Shown piece after piece: positions 26,591-40,012 of a DNA stretch of 64,000 bases (its first letter is position 1; each line of letters begins with the position of its first letter). The DNA comes from Eledone cirrhosa. Taxonomy: Eukaryota. The DNA lies in contig OZ024745.1 in the NCBI GenBank assembly GCA_964016885.1, forward strand, positions 25,854,001-25,918,000, given 5' to 3'. The notes below the pieces were generated by a model, which had not been told where the DNA came from, ran no database searches, and was given only the letters and a program-made list of their open reading frames with translations. Made by a program: the position numbers and the translations under genes.

Positions 26591-27017
26591 TAACACGATG
26601 GGATAGTCACGACTGGAACAGTTTCGATCAGATCTGACTTGGGGCTAAACAAGGACATTATTGCTTACGTAGCAGTAACATAGAACATTGTCAGCTATTT
26701 AATTAATCAAGCAAGAACTAGTTGTCTTAGTCAAGGATACAAAATACCGCCTTGTCGTACCAAACTGTCCAGTGTCTTACGAGTGCTAGCTCTGAATATA
26801 CGAGTGACAATGCAATACATTCGACTCTCTCTCTCTCGCGCGCACCCCTATATTAAATTTATCCCCTCAGCACTTCGTAAAAGTCCGAAAGATCGATTGT
26901 GCATATTTATATATATATATATAATATAGTGGAGACGAGCTGAGGATTCGCTAATGTGAAACAATTGTTCTCGGTGTGGTGAACTAACTGTTGTGTAACC
27001 ACTTCTCTCTCTCTCTC

Positions 27018-27212
27018 TAACAAAGGAATTGTGGTAAGGAACCAAATGGACCATAACGCACCAGAGTACTCAATACTTAGGGTAGTAGAGTGGGAAATAG
27101 GAAAAAGTTTGACCCCGACGGCAGAGCTCAAGCCGTTTCGACGGCTATTTCTGGACTGAAATAGCCGTCGAAACGGCTTGAGCTCTGCCGTCGGGGGTCA
27201 TACTTTTTCCTA
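27018..27212. mobile_element. Family H element with near-perfect branched terminal hairpin
   Basis: Body matches 16886-16966; arms 27098-27151 and 27158-27212, loop TGGACT. Confidence 0.8.
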
Positions 27213-28468
27213 CATATATATAAACATATACATAAACATATACATCCGACAGTCACAAACTGATAGTATAAATGTGGCAGAGAGTGTGTGGGAATTGGAG
27301 GAAGAAAAGGGGGATGTGTCGGAAGGAAATATATTTCAACAAAGACGAATGGAGAAGAAGGAAGGAAGTAGTGGTTTCTTTGCTACAGTTGCCCTGTACT
27401 GTTGTTCCCTTCAACCTGTACCAACTGCAATAAGTGCTTTGTACTACATGACGCATTCTTACAATCCTCTTGTACTTGTATTATTCCTACATAGCCACAT
27501 GCTCCCCCTTGTCTTTGAGTTCTTTTGTTTCTATCTGTCATTTACTCTTCTTCGTAACTCCTCCCACCACCCCTCCTCTTCTCATGCCCCACTTACCATC
27601 TCTCCCCTACCCTCGACTCTCGTGCCTCATCTTCACCCCTACTATCTCATTTATTTCCACCTGCCCACTACCCTAACAGCTCTTGTATTTTTTATTTTGC
27701 CGCGTCCCCACCTCCGTCCATTGTTTTTTTCTTCTTTTATTTCGTCTCCCTCAACTTTTAACCAAATCACTCTTACTAGCCCCCCGCCCCTCAGTTCTAT
27801 TGTTCTCTCTGCTAGCCCCTCTAACAACCTTACTTCCCGTCCCTCCCTCTCTCAACCAATCCTTTATGCCTATGTTTACGGCCAACGCATTGTTTCATTA
27901 AAGAAAAGCCAACCTCTGCCAATGCAATCTAACCATTGACATTTTCTATAGATGACAGCTCCTCCTCCTGATCCCCCCCCCCTTCCTTTGGCATCGTCAG
28001 CAGGCGTTGTTACACTTCTTTACTCCATCTAGATTCGGCCTTTACACAACATTCCACCCACTCCATTTCTCCCTGCTCACCCGCCTTCCTCCCTCTCTCC
28101 AGCCATTCACAAATGTGTTGCGTACACTGCCTGCACTCTGTGTCTCAGGGTAAATATTTTCATTTTATTTAATCTTTTTTCTTTTATTTGCACCTAACTC
28201 CCTCACCCCGCCATCAAAACCGGCCCCATCCACATGTGCGTGGGTGGTTTATTTTTGTTAAGTATAATAGTTATGTTAGCGATAGCATTGAAGATTTTTT
28301 GATTTTGAGGCAAGAAACCTTATAACAATTGTTTTTAACTCCATCTCTCACAATGATGCTTTCCAAATTTGATGTCGTCTTGAAAACTAAAATAAAATGT
28401 TTGGTGCTAAAGAGATATAATATAACATTTAGAAACTAAAGGAAAGTCGTATATAATACGGCCTCCGC

Positions 28469-28910
28469 GTGTGTGAGCTACATAAATACTGCTGCGGGGC
28501 GGTTGTTGACAAGTTAGGCCTGCACCTTCTGTCTTGCCGCCAGAGCGCAGGCCGGTTTCCCCGATACGCCGCTCTCAATAACATACTGAGAAGACGCCTG
28601 TATGCAGCTGACTTTCCATCTCAACTGGAGCCAGCAGGCCTAGACCGTGGAGATAGCAAGCACCTCGACGGAATCACCCTCCTCCCATTCGAAGGAGGTA
28701 GACCCCTCATCTGGGACGCCATCTGCTGCGACACGTTCTCCACCTCCAGCTTAGTCGCTTCGACCACAAACCCCGGCATCGCGGCCCGCCTCGCAGAAGA
28801 TCGTAAAATAAACAAATACTGGGGTTTGTCCGGCCTCTTCCCCTTCGCACCGGTCGAGACTTCAGGCGTACTTGGGCCCCAAACAGCCGAGCTCCTCCAC
28901 AAGAATAATA
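28469..28910 (+). pseudogene. Non-LTR retrotransposon C-terminus (CCHC knuckle plus restriction-like endonuclease; CRE-like clade)
   Basis: CCGAVVDKLGLHLLSC..LEPAGLDRGDSKHLDGITL..LIWDAICCDT..AEDRKINKY..PVETSGVLG matches the REL-domain pattern (RPDG, WD, E..K..KY). Confidence 0.75.
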
Positions 28911-28959
28911 ATCACCGACCCCGCATTTGATCCTGGATCTTGATTCCCACATACAGAAC

Positions 28960-29230
28960 TAATTTGGAGGCGGAGAACGTATCGCAAATGATTTTAGCTC
29001 CTTTGAATGAGAAGAGCGCAATTCCGTCGAAACGCTTGCCGTCTCCGTGGTAGTGGCTTGCTGGCTCCAGTTGTGATGTGAGGCCAACTGCGTCCAGATT
29101 CCTTCTCATTTCTTTGAGAGCGACATATCGGGGGAGCCGGCCCGCGCTCTGGCTGCATGACAGTGGGTGCAAGGGAAATTCGGCAACAATAGCCCCACAA
29201 CGGCATTAGTGTGACTTACACCTGGAGTCG
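28960..29230 (-). pseudogene. Second, diverged copy of the same REL-domain LINE fragment, convergent with the first
   Basis: HPLSCSQSAGRLPRYVAL..SQLEPAS..GDGKRFDGIALFSFKG..CDTFSAS. Confidence 0.75.
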
Positions 29231-30355
29231 AGGTATCGGTCAATTCCGTCCCACAATTCTCTCAGCTAATTTATTTACTCATCAGCACCACTAATTTACA
29301 CAATTAAAAAGCGCGTTATTTTTTTAAAACCTAGTTCCACAAACTATTTTTGTGTTCCATACATACACCTTGCTTTCAGTAGATAAAAAATAGCGTGCAT
29401 GATTGAATTACACGCCCTGTTAGCCAGGAAATATAAGCCTGTGAAAACAAATACAACTTGGATAGTGGAAATATAATAAAGGCAAAGATTTTCAGTGCAT
29501 AATACCTAAACACATTGTGAATATAATTTCTTTGCACTACTTAAAAAATTCGTAAGAGTGAGGTCAGTCGTTGAACAGTAGCCATTAAACGATATAATAA
29601 TAATAGAATCTTCACTCAGTCTGTACCATTTCTCAGTTGAAAAGCTGGTAGCAAATGCTAGGGGTTACTTTTTTACGGCCTTGATTAATAAGAAAAACAA
29701 ATTTCAGTCTTTGAGGCTCACTTAAGCAAAGCGTATTGTTTGTTTGTTGGTACTAACACGATAACTCCCATATACCATTAACAATTATTCTCTCCAGGTG
29801 CACCAGTTCCTTTACGTGTCTCCAACTAGTCTAATGTACCAAGCGAATGATATATTTATTTATTTATTTTAATCCTAAATATTTCAAAATGCCTGTGTTT
29901 ATAAGCTAGGCACGTTACAATGTGTGTTGTAAGCTAAACAAAATAAATATGATGTCACTTAGTGCGTTAATAAAAAGCCATTTTCAGAAACCAGAAACTT
30001 GCCTGCAGACGGAAGAGATTGGCCTTAACCCCCCCCCCCCCCCCCAACTATATTTCTATTGGTAGCCCTATTTCTGCCATCCTTTATAGGTTCTACTGAT
30101 ATCGATAACTACTTTGATCTGATCTCTTTCCTTCATTCTCCCCTGTCTTTTATAGTATAGAATTATTTATTGAAGTTATGTTTTTGCCTTCTTCCAAAAT
30201 GTCATTTTGTCGATTTATTTGTTTAGACTAGCTTGTCGGTCTCCGTGGCTTTGTGACTATTTGTTGACATAATAGCAGACTTGGGCGGGAGGAGAAAATA
30301 TGGTTTAGATTATTTGAACAATTAATAATGAAAAATCTACGGTAAATTATATATA

Positions 30356-30457
30356 CAGGGTGTCCCCCCAAAATGTATAAACACTTTGATTAACTGTACA
30401 GGCAATATTCATTAGAATACTGTTGAAGTGTGAATACACTTTTTTGGGACACTGTGT
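30356..30457. mobile_element. Short Tc1/mariner-type MITE
   Basis: TA|CAGGGTGTCCCCCCAAAATGTAT ... ATACACTTTTTTGGGACACTGTG|TA. Confidence 0.6.
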
Positions 30458-30709
30458 ATGTGTGTGTGTGTGGAGGGGGGGATCCATTTAGAAAACTATA
30501 TCAATACAAAGATATGTATGTGTTAGATAATTTTCACGTCGCAAAATTACATAACTAATAGTAGGACTATCTTTGACTTATATTAAATAAAGAAATCTAT
30601 CTTTGACTTATATTAGTTTCATAATCATTTTATGCTAAAAAGACTATACTCTACAGCGACAATCACGTAATAGTGTTGATTAGAATGTAAAAATAAATTT
30701 TATAAATAG

Positions 30710-31152
30710 AAATGAGACGTACAGTTGCAGCGGAAGGTTTTGTCAGGATTTGTAGACCTGATGTTATGGTTCTTCCTCCTGTGCCTTATTTCTGGAGGTG
30801 GCCCTACGGGTGTTTTCGGAGAAGAAGACAGCATAGTTGATTGTGATTTGCCAGGCGTCACCGTTCTCAGCTAGGGTGGTGATGGTCAATGTGACAAACA
30901 CCAAGGGATATTTTAAACAGTCCTTATCGCTTCCTTGTTGACCCTGTCACGATGGCCAGAGGAGAGTTCGCCACACAGCGTGATCATGGGCAGGCGATGA
31001 TACTTCATCCTGGAGACGTGCTCTGCCCAACGTAGTTGGGACTTCAGCTGCATGGCCTCGATGCTACTGACCTCAACCCGTTCAAGGATTTTAACATTGG
31101 TGACAAAGTCACTCCAGTGGATGTTGAGGATAGGGTGGAGGCAGCGCTGGTG
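30710..31152 (-). pseudogene. RTE-clade LINE 3' fragment
   Basis: Minus strand reads HQRCL..ILNIHWSDFVTNVKILERVEVSSIEAMQLKSQLRWAEHVSRMKYHRLP..LCGELSSG. Confidence 0.85.
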
Positions 31153-31714
31153 GATATATATATATATATATATATATATGACGCACGCATATGTATATAT
31201 AAATAGAGATGTGACGAATGGTTGTACTATACCTAGTTGTGTAAATATTGTTTTATATATTTTATGATTTTATGGAACCTTTTGCGGCTCCCAACAACCT
31301 ATATTTCTTAATAAAGTGCACTGGTCTTATGATGTCTTTCTCTTCTCACTCTTTTCCTATCTGAGCTCTCACTTCCTCTGTCAAAGGAAGGGGGCTGTGG
31401 TGTGCTTAGGAGCATGTTCTTAGCTTCTTGTCAGTACCCATTGACCCGTTTCCGTTTCTCTAATGCTACGTATTCATCTATTGTGTTTAATTATCTTTAA
31501 CCTCCACCCTTGTCTGTTATTTATTGTTTTCATTTCTGTATATTTCAGAAAAATTCAATTCCTCAGTTTGTGAACTCCCGGAAAAGCTGGAGTGACAGAT
31601 GCTGTATCCTTTTAGATAGAGAAAAACCCATGTCGTTTATTCTGTATCTTATTATTAGTTTATTTACACCGTTTCCACATCTTACTGAGGAACAATTATC
31701 TTAATAATTGTTTG

Positions 31715-32045
31715 CTGGTATTTTATTTTATCGACCACGGATGAACAGCAAAGCTAACCTTGGCGGGGTTTGAACTCAGAACGTAAAGGGACGTACATAT
31801 ATGCTGCAAAGCATAGTGTCCAACGCTCTACCGACACAGAAACTAGCCTAGGTTGGTCGAATGGCAGAATCGTTATGGCGCAGTACAAAATAATGTGCAA
31901 TATTTGCTATGGCTTCTGAGTTCAAATCCCGCTAAAGTTAGCTCTTCCTTTATTCCTTTTATCCTTACGGGATCGATAAAATAAAGCAACAGTAACGGAT
32001 TGGGATCGATTTAATAGACTTGTGCCTAAATCAGAGGCCATTATT
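31715..32045. mobile_element. Head-to-head pair of SINE family A copies
   Basis: Minus copy at about 31715-31840, plus copy at about 31855-32045. Confidence 0.7.
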
Positions 32046-34674
32046 ATAAACTAACCTACAGAATTATTTTCCTCCATTTTAATATATTAAAAAAAAAAGC
32101 TATGCGGTGGAATTGAACCAAGGTTAATAAAACCTAATATATTCTCCCTTGTTGATATTCCTTTACGTGGGCAATCCCAACTCTTTATTTACTGTAAAAT
32201 ATACAACATTCTTGCTTAAAGAGAATGGTTTCGATTGTTGGTTGGGAGCAATAGCATCGGAATGGTAGTAGTTGAGTGCTAGATCGAGTACCTAACCAAT
32301 TGGATCATGCCACTTTCTTCTCTGTACATATTGACTTTAAATTTCACCAGGAGATACTTTGGTTTACATTTCTCCTGTGTCAAGAAGTTTCAGACGTATA
32401 GTGGGGGTCGATTCAGTCGACTATATTTGATCCTTACAAATTTGTGGCTAATGTGAGCAGATAATATACAACGTTCTAAACCAAATATCTAGAGCATTGC
32501 TCTGACTTTTTCGCTTTTCCCTTCTTTTCTTTTCATAATCGAAGAATTTGGAAATCAGAACACTAGATGTTTACATCGAGGATCAAGACAGACAAAACTG
32601 GTTTTCATAATGATTTTGCAGAATGTGTCAGGTTTCTGAGATCATTGTGAAAACTGGTTTTGTTACGTTCGTCAACTTAATGAGAATTTTAGATGGGATA
32701 AAATTCTGTATCCTTTTTGTATTGAAATAATAATTGTATTTTGTTTTGAAATATTTCATAATAATTTCAGTTAATTTTAATAAAATAAGACATATCAATT
32801 GATTACGTTTGTATAATGTGGGTAAATGTGAATTTTATTATTATTATTTATTTTCTTGCAAAGATGGGTACGGCACGAAACTTTTCATCAACAAATTTAA
32901 TCAATTTTGTGAATTTTCTTGAATTTTTGCCGAAGCAAACACTATTAGTTTCCTTGTACTCTGCTTTTATAAACGAATTTAATTTGAAAAAATAAATAAT
33001 GCTGCTTTTGGTAGTATAGTGAATTGAACAGATTTTAATCGATGAGGCAATGAATATGTCTCACTTGCAATTTTATATCTGTAATTCAGTGAAGGCGTGT
33101 GGCTTAGCAGTTAGGTTGTTGGGCACAGAATCATAAGGTTGTGGGTTAGATTCCTGGGCGATGTGTTGTGCTCCCGAGCAAGGTGTTTCATTTCGTGTCG
33201 CTTTTCACGATATGACTGATCTCCTATAAAATGCAAACTCATGGGAGAACAAACTACATTTCATTTAATTTCAGTCCAGTCCAGTAAGACAAATACTTTT
33301 ACCTCTACCTCCATTTTATAATCAATAATATGCTAACGAGCCTATCTTAAGTACCAGTCGTCGGGAACTCAATTTAGATTACTTGGTTAAGATGAGCATC
33401 AGACCGTATAATATTGCCTACAGAATCTCGTCCAACTCAGATCAGCATGGTAATTCAAACGTAAAAACGATGATGATAGATATTTGGTGACAAGAAAGAT
33501 GCTAATTAAATGTTCATTAAAAAATAAATACAATTAGTAGGAATATGGCTGGTTCATTTTCAAATGAAAATAAATGTTCTTCGGCTGATGTGCAACACTG
33601 CGAAAATAATTTGAATGACCTTTGTGACAATATTGATAGTAATTCATTATCTCTCACATATCTATGGAAGATCGGTCTATCGGATCAGTAAGTAACTAAA
33701 CAATCCTCGTTATACAGTAAATAAAGATGTTAATATTTTATACACCATTTACTTATTTGTTGTATGGTGTACTGTTTAATTATTTGATGTTCTGTCAGTG
33801 GATTTCTGTGATCCACTGGTTGCTTTTCTTTTCTTTTTAGCGAAAAAATAAAGTAATAAAGTCTAATGTTGTGCATATTTGCCGCAATTGGAATTGACTG
33901 AATGCCAGTAAGATATTCATAATTGTAGAGAATTACTGATGTTTACAACAGAGATATGTTCGTATGCCGTCTTTACCTACAACTCGATGCTTGGAGTGGT
34001 CCATTTGAGGGTTAAGTATCTTGGAAAGTGACACAGCATATTAAGGGTTACATCATAGAAACCCCTGACTTCTCGATTGATTTTACCACATATAATATCA
34101 GTTCGGAGAAATTTGGAATACATGTGGTTATTCAGACACAGAAGTGTAAGGCGTGGGGTGTCTTAATTTTTGTTATATATTATGTATAATTTGTTATAAG
34201 TATAGGATGGCTGTGAGGTTAAAGAATTCGCTTCGCAACTGTGTAGTCTTTTGGGCATCTTTTATTATAGACACGGACTGATGTATTGTGAGTGAAATTA
34301 GTACATAGAAATTTTGTGGAAGCCGATTGTGTGTGTGTTTGTATGCACTTCTTTGGCATGCATGCCTGCACATTGGATACTACTTATGTAGTCAGTGACA
34401 ATGGTTAATGTCCCACAGTTAAGCGCTTCAACGTGTGAAGTTCAGTGAAACAAGTACTTTACTTTAAACAAATGTAAATAATTAAGGTGAGTTGGTACGA
34501 AGATGCAGAATACTGCCCCAAAAGATCACGTTCACTTCATGCCAGCACTGAAAAGCAGCAAGTTTTGGGATTTTGTGAGAATAAAATGTCTCGGTAAAAT
34601 TTAAGAAAATTTGTTTTATTTTTGTCTGAATAAATCTAAAAAAGTTGTTTCATTTAATGTCTTATTAAAATTAG

Positions 34675-34820
34675 GGAATTGGCAGAGTCGTTAGAACCTC
34701 GGATAAAATGCTTTGTGATATTCTTTCCGGCTCTCTGAGTTCAAATCCCGCTCTGGTCAACTTTGTATTTCATCCTTTCGACGTCGATAACAAAAGTACC
34801 AATCAAGTACTGAGGTCGAT
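34675..34820 (+). mobile_element. SINE family A
   Basis: TTGGCAGAGTCGTTAGAACC..GAGTTCAAATCCCG..GATAACAAAAGTACC. Confidence 0.75.
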
Positions 34821-35312
34821 TCTTCCTTTATATTTCTCCTCACTTCCTCTCTCTCAATCTCTAGCAGAAACCTGCTGCTAAGACCTAGAGAGTGATGGGC
34901 TCCGCCAGGCTTAAAATAACTAAGAAATTCCGTGTGTCAATTTGGCATCCCTACGGCTCCATCAGGAGTTATAGGAACATACCAAAATTAGGGATGTGGG
35001 GATTGTTCGTAAAATATAAGTAGGGATTCTGTGATTTCTGAAGAATCGTATAAAGATTCCGCGAATAAATCTAAGAACCATCTCACTAGATGAATAAGCT
35101 ACACGATTTGTTTTACAGTTTATTCAAGGAAGCAAATGTAATACTTATGCCTTATTTAAGAGCCTCCAAGACAAGGAGAGGATGACGTAGATTTCCTGAA
35201 ACCGAAGACCTGATCTCAATGTATGCAACGGAGTACACTCAACAAAAGACACCCAAAGACCTTGCCGTACTCTTAAACCAGACATCGGAGTATATTACCC
35301 CAGCAGCTAAAA

Positions 35313-35360
<48 letters not shown>

Positions 35361-35829
35361 TGTTTGATGAATTCATTTCTTCATACTTAGTCTTGCGCAA
35401 AAATATTTTTTTTTTACATATAAAAATCTTTCTTCTAATACCATTCTTTCGAAACAGCATCTGTTTCTACTTAGGTAATCTTTAAAATAATTTATCTGCG
35501 GTTTGAATTCAAACCCCGTTGATCAATTTTGTCTTTCGCTTTTTTGGGCCTCAATAAAATATGCTACCAATTCAGGAGCAGGACTGGCAAATGTCTTAAA
35601 GCGTTGGAGATGTCTTGCAGTATTTGTTACGGCTCTTTGTGTTTGGAATTTAAATCCTGCTGTGGTCGTCTTGAGTGGTAGACTTAATCTATTGCCTGGT
35701 TTAACATCCTGACTCTTGGGTGCTTTTAACGAAGTTCTCTCTATTGCAAGCACTCGATCCAGTGTTGAAGATACCTTCCTTCCGCCTTCCCACCAGGTCT
35801 TGAAGTCCCCCAACCCGATTAAGCAGTAA

Positions 35830-35863
<34 letters not shown>

Positions 35864-36363
35864 CTAAATACCCAACACAATTTAAACATTTGATCCTTGC
35901 GCCAAAAACCCAACGCAACACCTTAACTACTTGTGCATCTATAGCTATACGAAAAACAGAAATGTTTGAATTTGAAACTTGTTCGGGCAAATTTCTTTTC
36001 AATAATGAATAAATAAATAAAACCTTACATGTAATTGATAATTCATGCCTCTGTTGGTCCTAATTAAACTACATGACACTTGGAATGTAAGTTATAATAA
36101 GCAGGTGTGATTTTGTTTTAAATGAGTTATCGCCTTGGATTAAAAAGTTATCGGCACTTGTGTCCTCATTACTTGCTATGTCTCTACATTAAATTCTGGT
36201 AATGCCTCGTCTGAATGTTTGAAATGAGTATTTATCCTTATTTTAAACTGATTTATTGAGACTAGTGTTCGTATCTTAGCTAGTCATGAGTACAATTCCT
36301 GGGTTCGTATATCTATATATACTTTAGTTACAGCGGAATAAGCAAGCAACATCTCAACTTATA

Positions 36364-36600
36364 TATATTCATTTTATTAAGGCTAAATAGTGAGGCTTGT
36401 TACTCTAGAGTTTCACCTACTTATCACAGGCTCATCAGACCCTGTGATAAGCAGGCGAAACGCTAGAGGATCATCAGACCCTGTGATAAGCAGGCGAAAC
36501 GCTAGAGTAACAAGATTCACTAATTAGCCATAATGAAATGAATATTTAAACTCTACTTCGGTACTGAGCACTCTTTTCTTTCGGCCATCAACTACATACA
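36364..36600. mobile_element. Fold-back Penelope/retrozyme-like element with hammerhead and internal 39-bp-period duplication
   Basis: Diverged arms at about 36364-36430 and 36480-36546; TCATCAGACCCTGTGATAAGCAGGCGAAACGCTAGAG occurs twice in the centre. Confidence 0.75.
36397..36440 (-). ncRNA. Minimal type I hammerhead ribozyme
   Basis: CTGATGA-GCCT gtgataagt AGGT-GAAAC-TCTAGA-GTA, with a palindromic stem III loop; stem I cut to 2 bp by the inversion junction. Confidence 0.7.
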
Positions 36601-36949
36601 TACACATACTCACATACATATATCAAAATAATGGATGCAGTAAAAACCTGTTAGACCATTACTCACCAGAGTACTCGATACATGCGGTAGTTGAGTGTGG
36701 TAATATGAAGGAGCCGGAATCCAGATGATTCAATCAACGCACACTTAATGTAGTTCTGAGTTTTTGAAAATTGTGGCTCATTGAATAAAAGGTACTACGA
36801 ATTTTTACTAGATGAATGGATTGGAGTAGCGTGAAATAAAATGTCTTGCTCAAGGACATGTGCTGCCCTATCCAGGAATCGAACACATGACATTGCAATC
36901 ATGAGGCGAACACCGGAACGCGATCTCACTAATAGATAAAATAAATCAG

Positions 36950-37057
36950 TATATATGTGTATTTATATATATGTGTATTTATATATGTGTATATATATAT
37001 ACACATAAAGTGTATATATATATGTATATATATATATATATATATAATATATATATA

Positions 37058-37099
<42 letters not shown>

Positions 37100-37559
37100 C
37101 ATATAGGAGAAGGCAACTCAGGAAACTGGGATAACTCCGGTATAAAACCTGCGGCTCAGTAGTTACCGATGATATTGATCTTTTCTTCTTTTCGGGTTAT
37201 AGCTATTGTCGCTCAGAGAGTGGGATTGGCTCAGTGCACAGTCTTTCGTCACTTTAAAAAATATCTTCACGCACAGACATTGCGCGATAGAATTAATTAT
37301 TATTAATAATGGTATATCGTGCAATGGCCATACTCGATAACGAGGAAGCAGCCATCATCATCATATATATATATGTGTGTGTATATATATATATATATGT
37401 GTGTGTGTATATATATATATATATGTGTGTGTATATATATATATATATATGTGTGTATATATATATGTGTGTGTATATATATATGTGTGTGTATATATAT
37501 ATGTATATATATATGTGTGTGTATATATATATATATTTATATGTGTGTGTATATATATA

Positions 37560-37648
<89 letters not shown>

Positions 37649-37687
37649 GTGTGTATATGTGTGTGTATATATATATATATATGTGTG

Positions 37688-37734
<47 letters not shown>

Positions 37735-37762
37735 GTGTGTATATATATATATATATATGTGT
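36950..37762. repeat. (TA/TG)n tracts enclosing an RTE-type 3' tail (37125-37362)
   Basis: Tail TGGCCATACTCGATAACGAGGAAGCAGCCATC matches 38866-38897 and 61790-61825(-). Confidence 0.75.
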
Positions 37763-38599
37763 GCGTGTGGCTGTGTGGTTGGAGAATTGGATTCACAATC
37801 TTGAGGTTGTGAGTTCGATTCCCGAACTGGCCGATGCGTTATCACCTTGAGCAAGACACTTTATTTCATGTTGCTCCTTCTACCTGGTGTTGCGACCAAT
37901 AGATAGTATATGGAATTGGAAAGACCAACGAAAACATTGTTTCCTCGGTCCGATTTGACGAAAGTCGATCGATTCTTTTATATATGTCTGTATATATATA
38001 TATATATATGTATACAAAGATCGGAATTAAGAGTATTCCGCAGTTCACTGTAATAATAATAATAATAGTATTAGCTCAAAGAAGAATAGAGAATTTCATT
38101 CTGAGCTCAAATGCAAATATATATTACACAAAGAGAAGTGTGTTACACAGTGAGATGTGTGTAAAGAATTATTACAAGTGAGTTTACCGTTACTGTATAA
38201 GGGAACAATATCTACAGGTTAGCAATTAAATAGAAAAAAGCTAATTCAGAATCAAATCTCTGGATTACAGTTTTAAATTACGAACCTTGTATGTATATAT
38301 ATATGTATGTATGTATGTATATATATATGTATATATGTATGTATATATATATGTATATATGTATGTATATATATATGTATATATGTATGTATATATATAT
38401 GTATATATGTATCTATATATATATGTATGTATATATATATATATATATATGTATGTATATATATATATATCTATGTATGTATGTATGTCCGGGAGAGATG
38501 ACCCCTTAGCCTTTGTCAAGGCAGAATTCAAGGAGAAGGAAAACTCTGATATAACACCTGCAACCCTGATGGTATCCAATGATGTTGACTTGTTCTTCT

Positions 38600-38898
38600 T
38601 TTTGGTAAATATCATCTTGGTTAAGAGAGTGGGACTGGCTTTGTGCAGTGCCTTTTCTCACTATAAAAGCTTCACGACACAGGCATTGCTTTATATCTGG
38701 AGATCTCTCTGCACTTGTCGTCACATTGTACCATGGGGCCAGCACTATGTGTCAATAATTGTCACAAGTGTAGTGTTTGTATCAGAGTTTTCAACGCTGG
38801 CTGGACTAAAAAGTCACACTCGTTCAGCGCATCGGTAGGGGTTCTCCTACATGGATATAAAGTAGTGGCCGTACTCGAAAACGAGTTGGCAGCCACCA
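38600..38898 (+). pseudogene. RTE LINE 3' terminus (C2H2 finger and tail)
   Basis: Frameshifted [24 protein letters not shown] parallels KCPECEKFCLSKSGLRSH of the 62-kb RTE; same 3' tail. Confidence 0.6.
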
Positions 38899-39018
38899 TA
38901 TATATATGTATGTGTGTATATATGTATGTATGTATATATATATATAAATATATATATATATATGTATATATATATATGCATATATATATATGCATATATA
39001 TATGCATATATATATATG

Positions 39019-39063
<45 letters not shown>

Positions 39064-39338
39064 GTGTGTGTATATATATATATGTATATATATATATGTA
39101 TATATATGTATATATATATATATGTATATATGTATATATATATATATGTATATATATATATGTATATATATGTATATATATATATATGTATATATGTATA
39201 TATATATATATGTATATATATGTATATATATATATATATATATACATATATATAAACTCCTCCCAACTTATGGTATCCCCACATATATTCTTCTGTTTTG
39301 GCTTTGTCAATGCTTGTATACTATGTATTTACTCTTTA

Positions 39339-39384
39339 TGCTCTGAAGAGTCCCACTTCTAGTGTGGACAAAACACTGTTAGCA
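39339..39384 (+). ncRNA. Hammerhead motif with G12>A decay, in a short insert between TA tracts (39255-39430)
   Basis: TGCT-CTGAAGA-GTCC cac ttcta gtg t GGAC-aAAAC-ACT-GTT-AGCA; stems I, II and III all pair. Confidence 0.65.
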
Positions 39385-39428
39385 ATTAAAGATATACCTA
39401 TGTTCTAAGCGCTCTTTGTTGTTAATTG

Positions 39429-39464
<36 letters not shown>

Positions 39465-39561
39465 GATTTTGAGTTTATGTTGGTTGTATACCAACACCTC
39501 AATATGCAGTCTGGAGCACTCGACGAAGTGCGCAGGTTGGTTTGGTTACTCCGGAGTAGTG

Positions 39562-40012
39562 TAAAATAAAGTTAAATAAAAGTCAAGTGATTAAAATTTA
39601 GCTTCGTTTATTACTGCTATATATATTTCAGTGACAGCCATCTTTGGCTGTGACCTCTTCAGGCAGTTTGAATTAGTATGGTATAGACAAGTACATATGT
39701 TGTTTAGGTGTATAATATCGTCAATACTCTGATATGCCCAGTTCCTTGTTGGGTTGTTAATTCACTGAGGAACTGGAGTTCCTCAGTGAATTAACAACTC
39801 CAGTTCCTCAGTGAATTAACAACCCAACAAGGAACTGGGCATATCAGAGTATTGACAATATTATACACCTAAACAACATATGTACTTGTCTATACCATAC
39901 TAATTCAAACTGCCTGAAGAGGTCACAGCCAAAGATGGCTGTCACTGAAATATATATAGCAGTAATAAACGAAGCTAAATTTTAATCATTTGACTTTTAT
40001 TTAACTTTATTT

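Noticed and set aside
27178-27939. 253-aa ORF
   Set aside because: Starts inside a repeat hairpin and runs through pyrimidine-rich low-complexity DNA; no domain.
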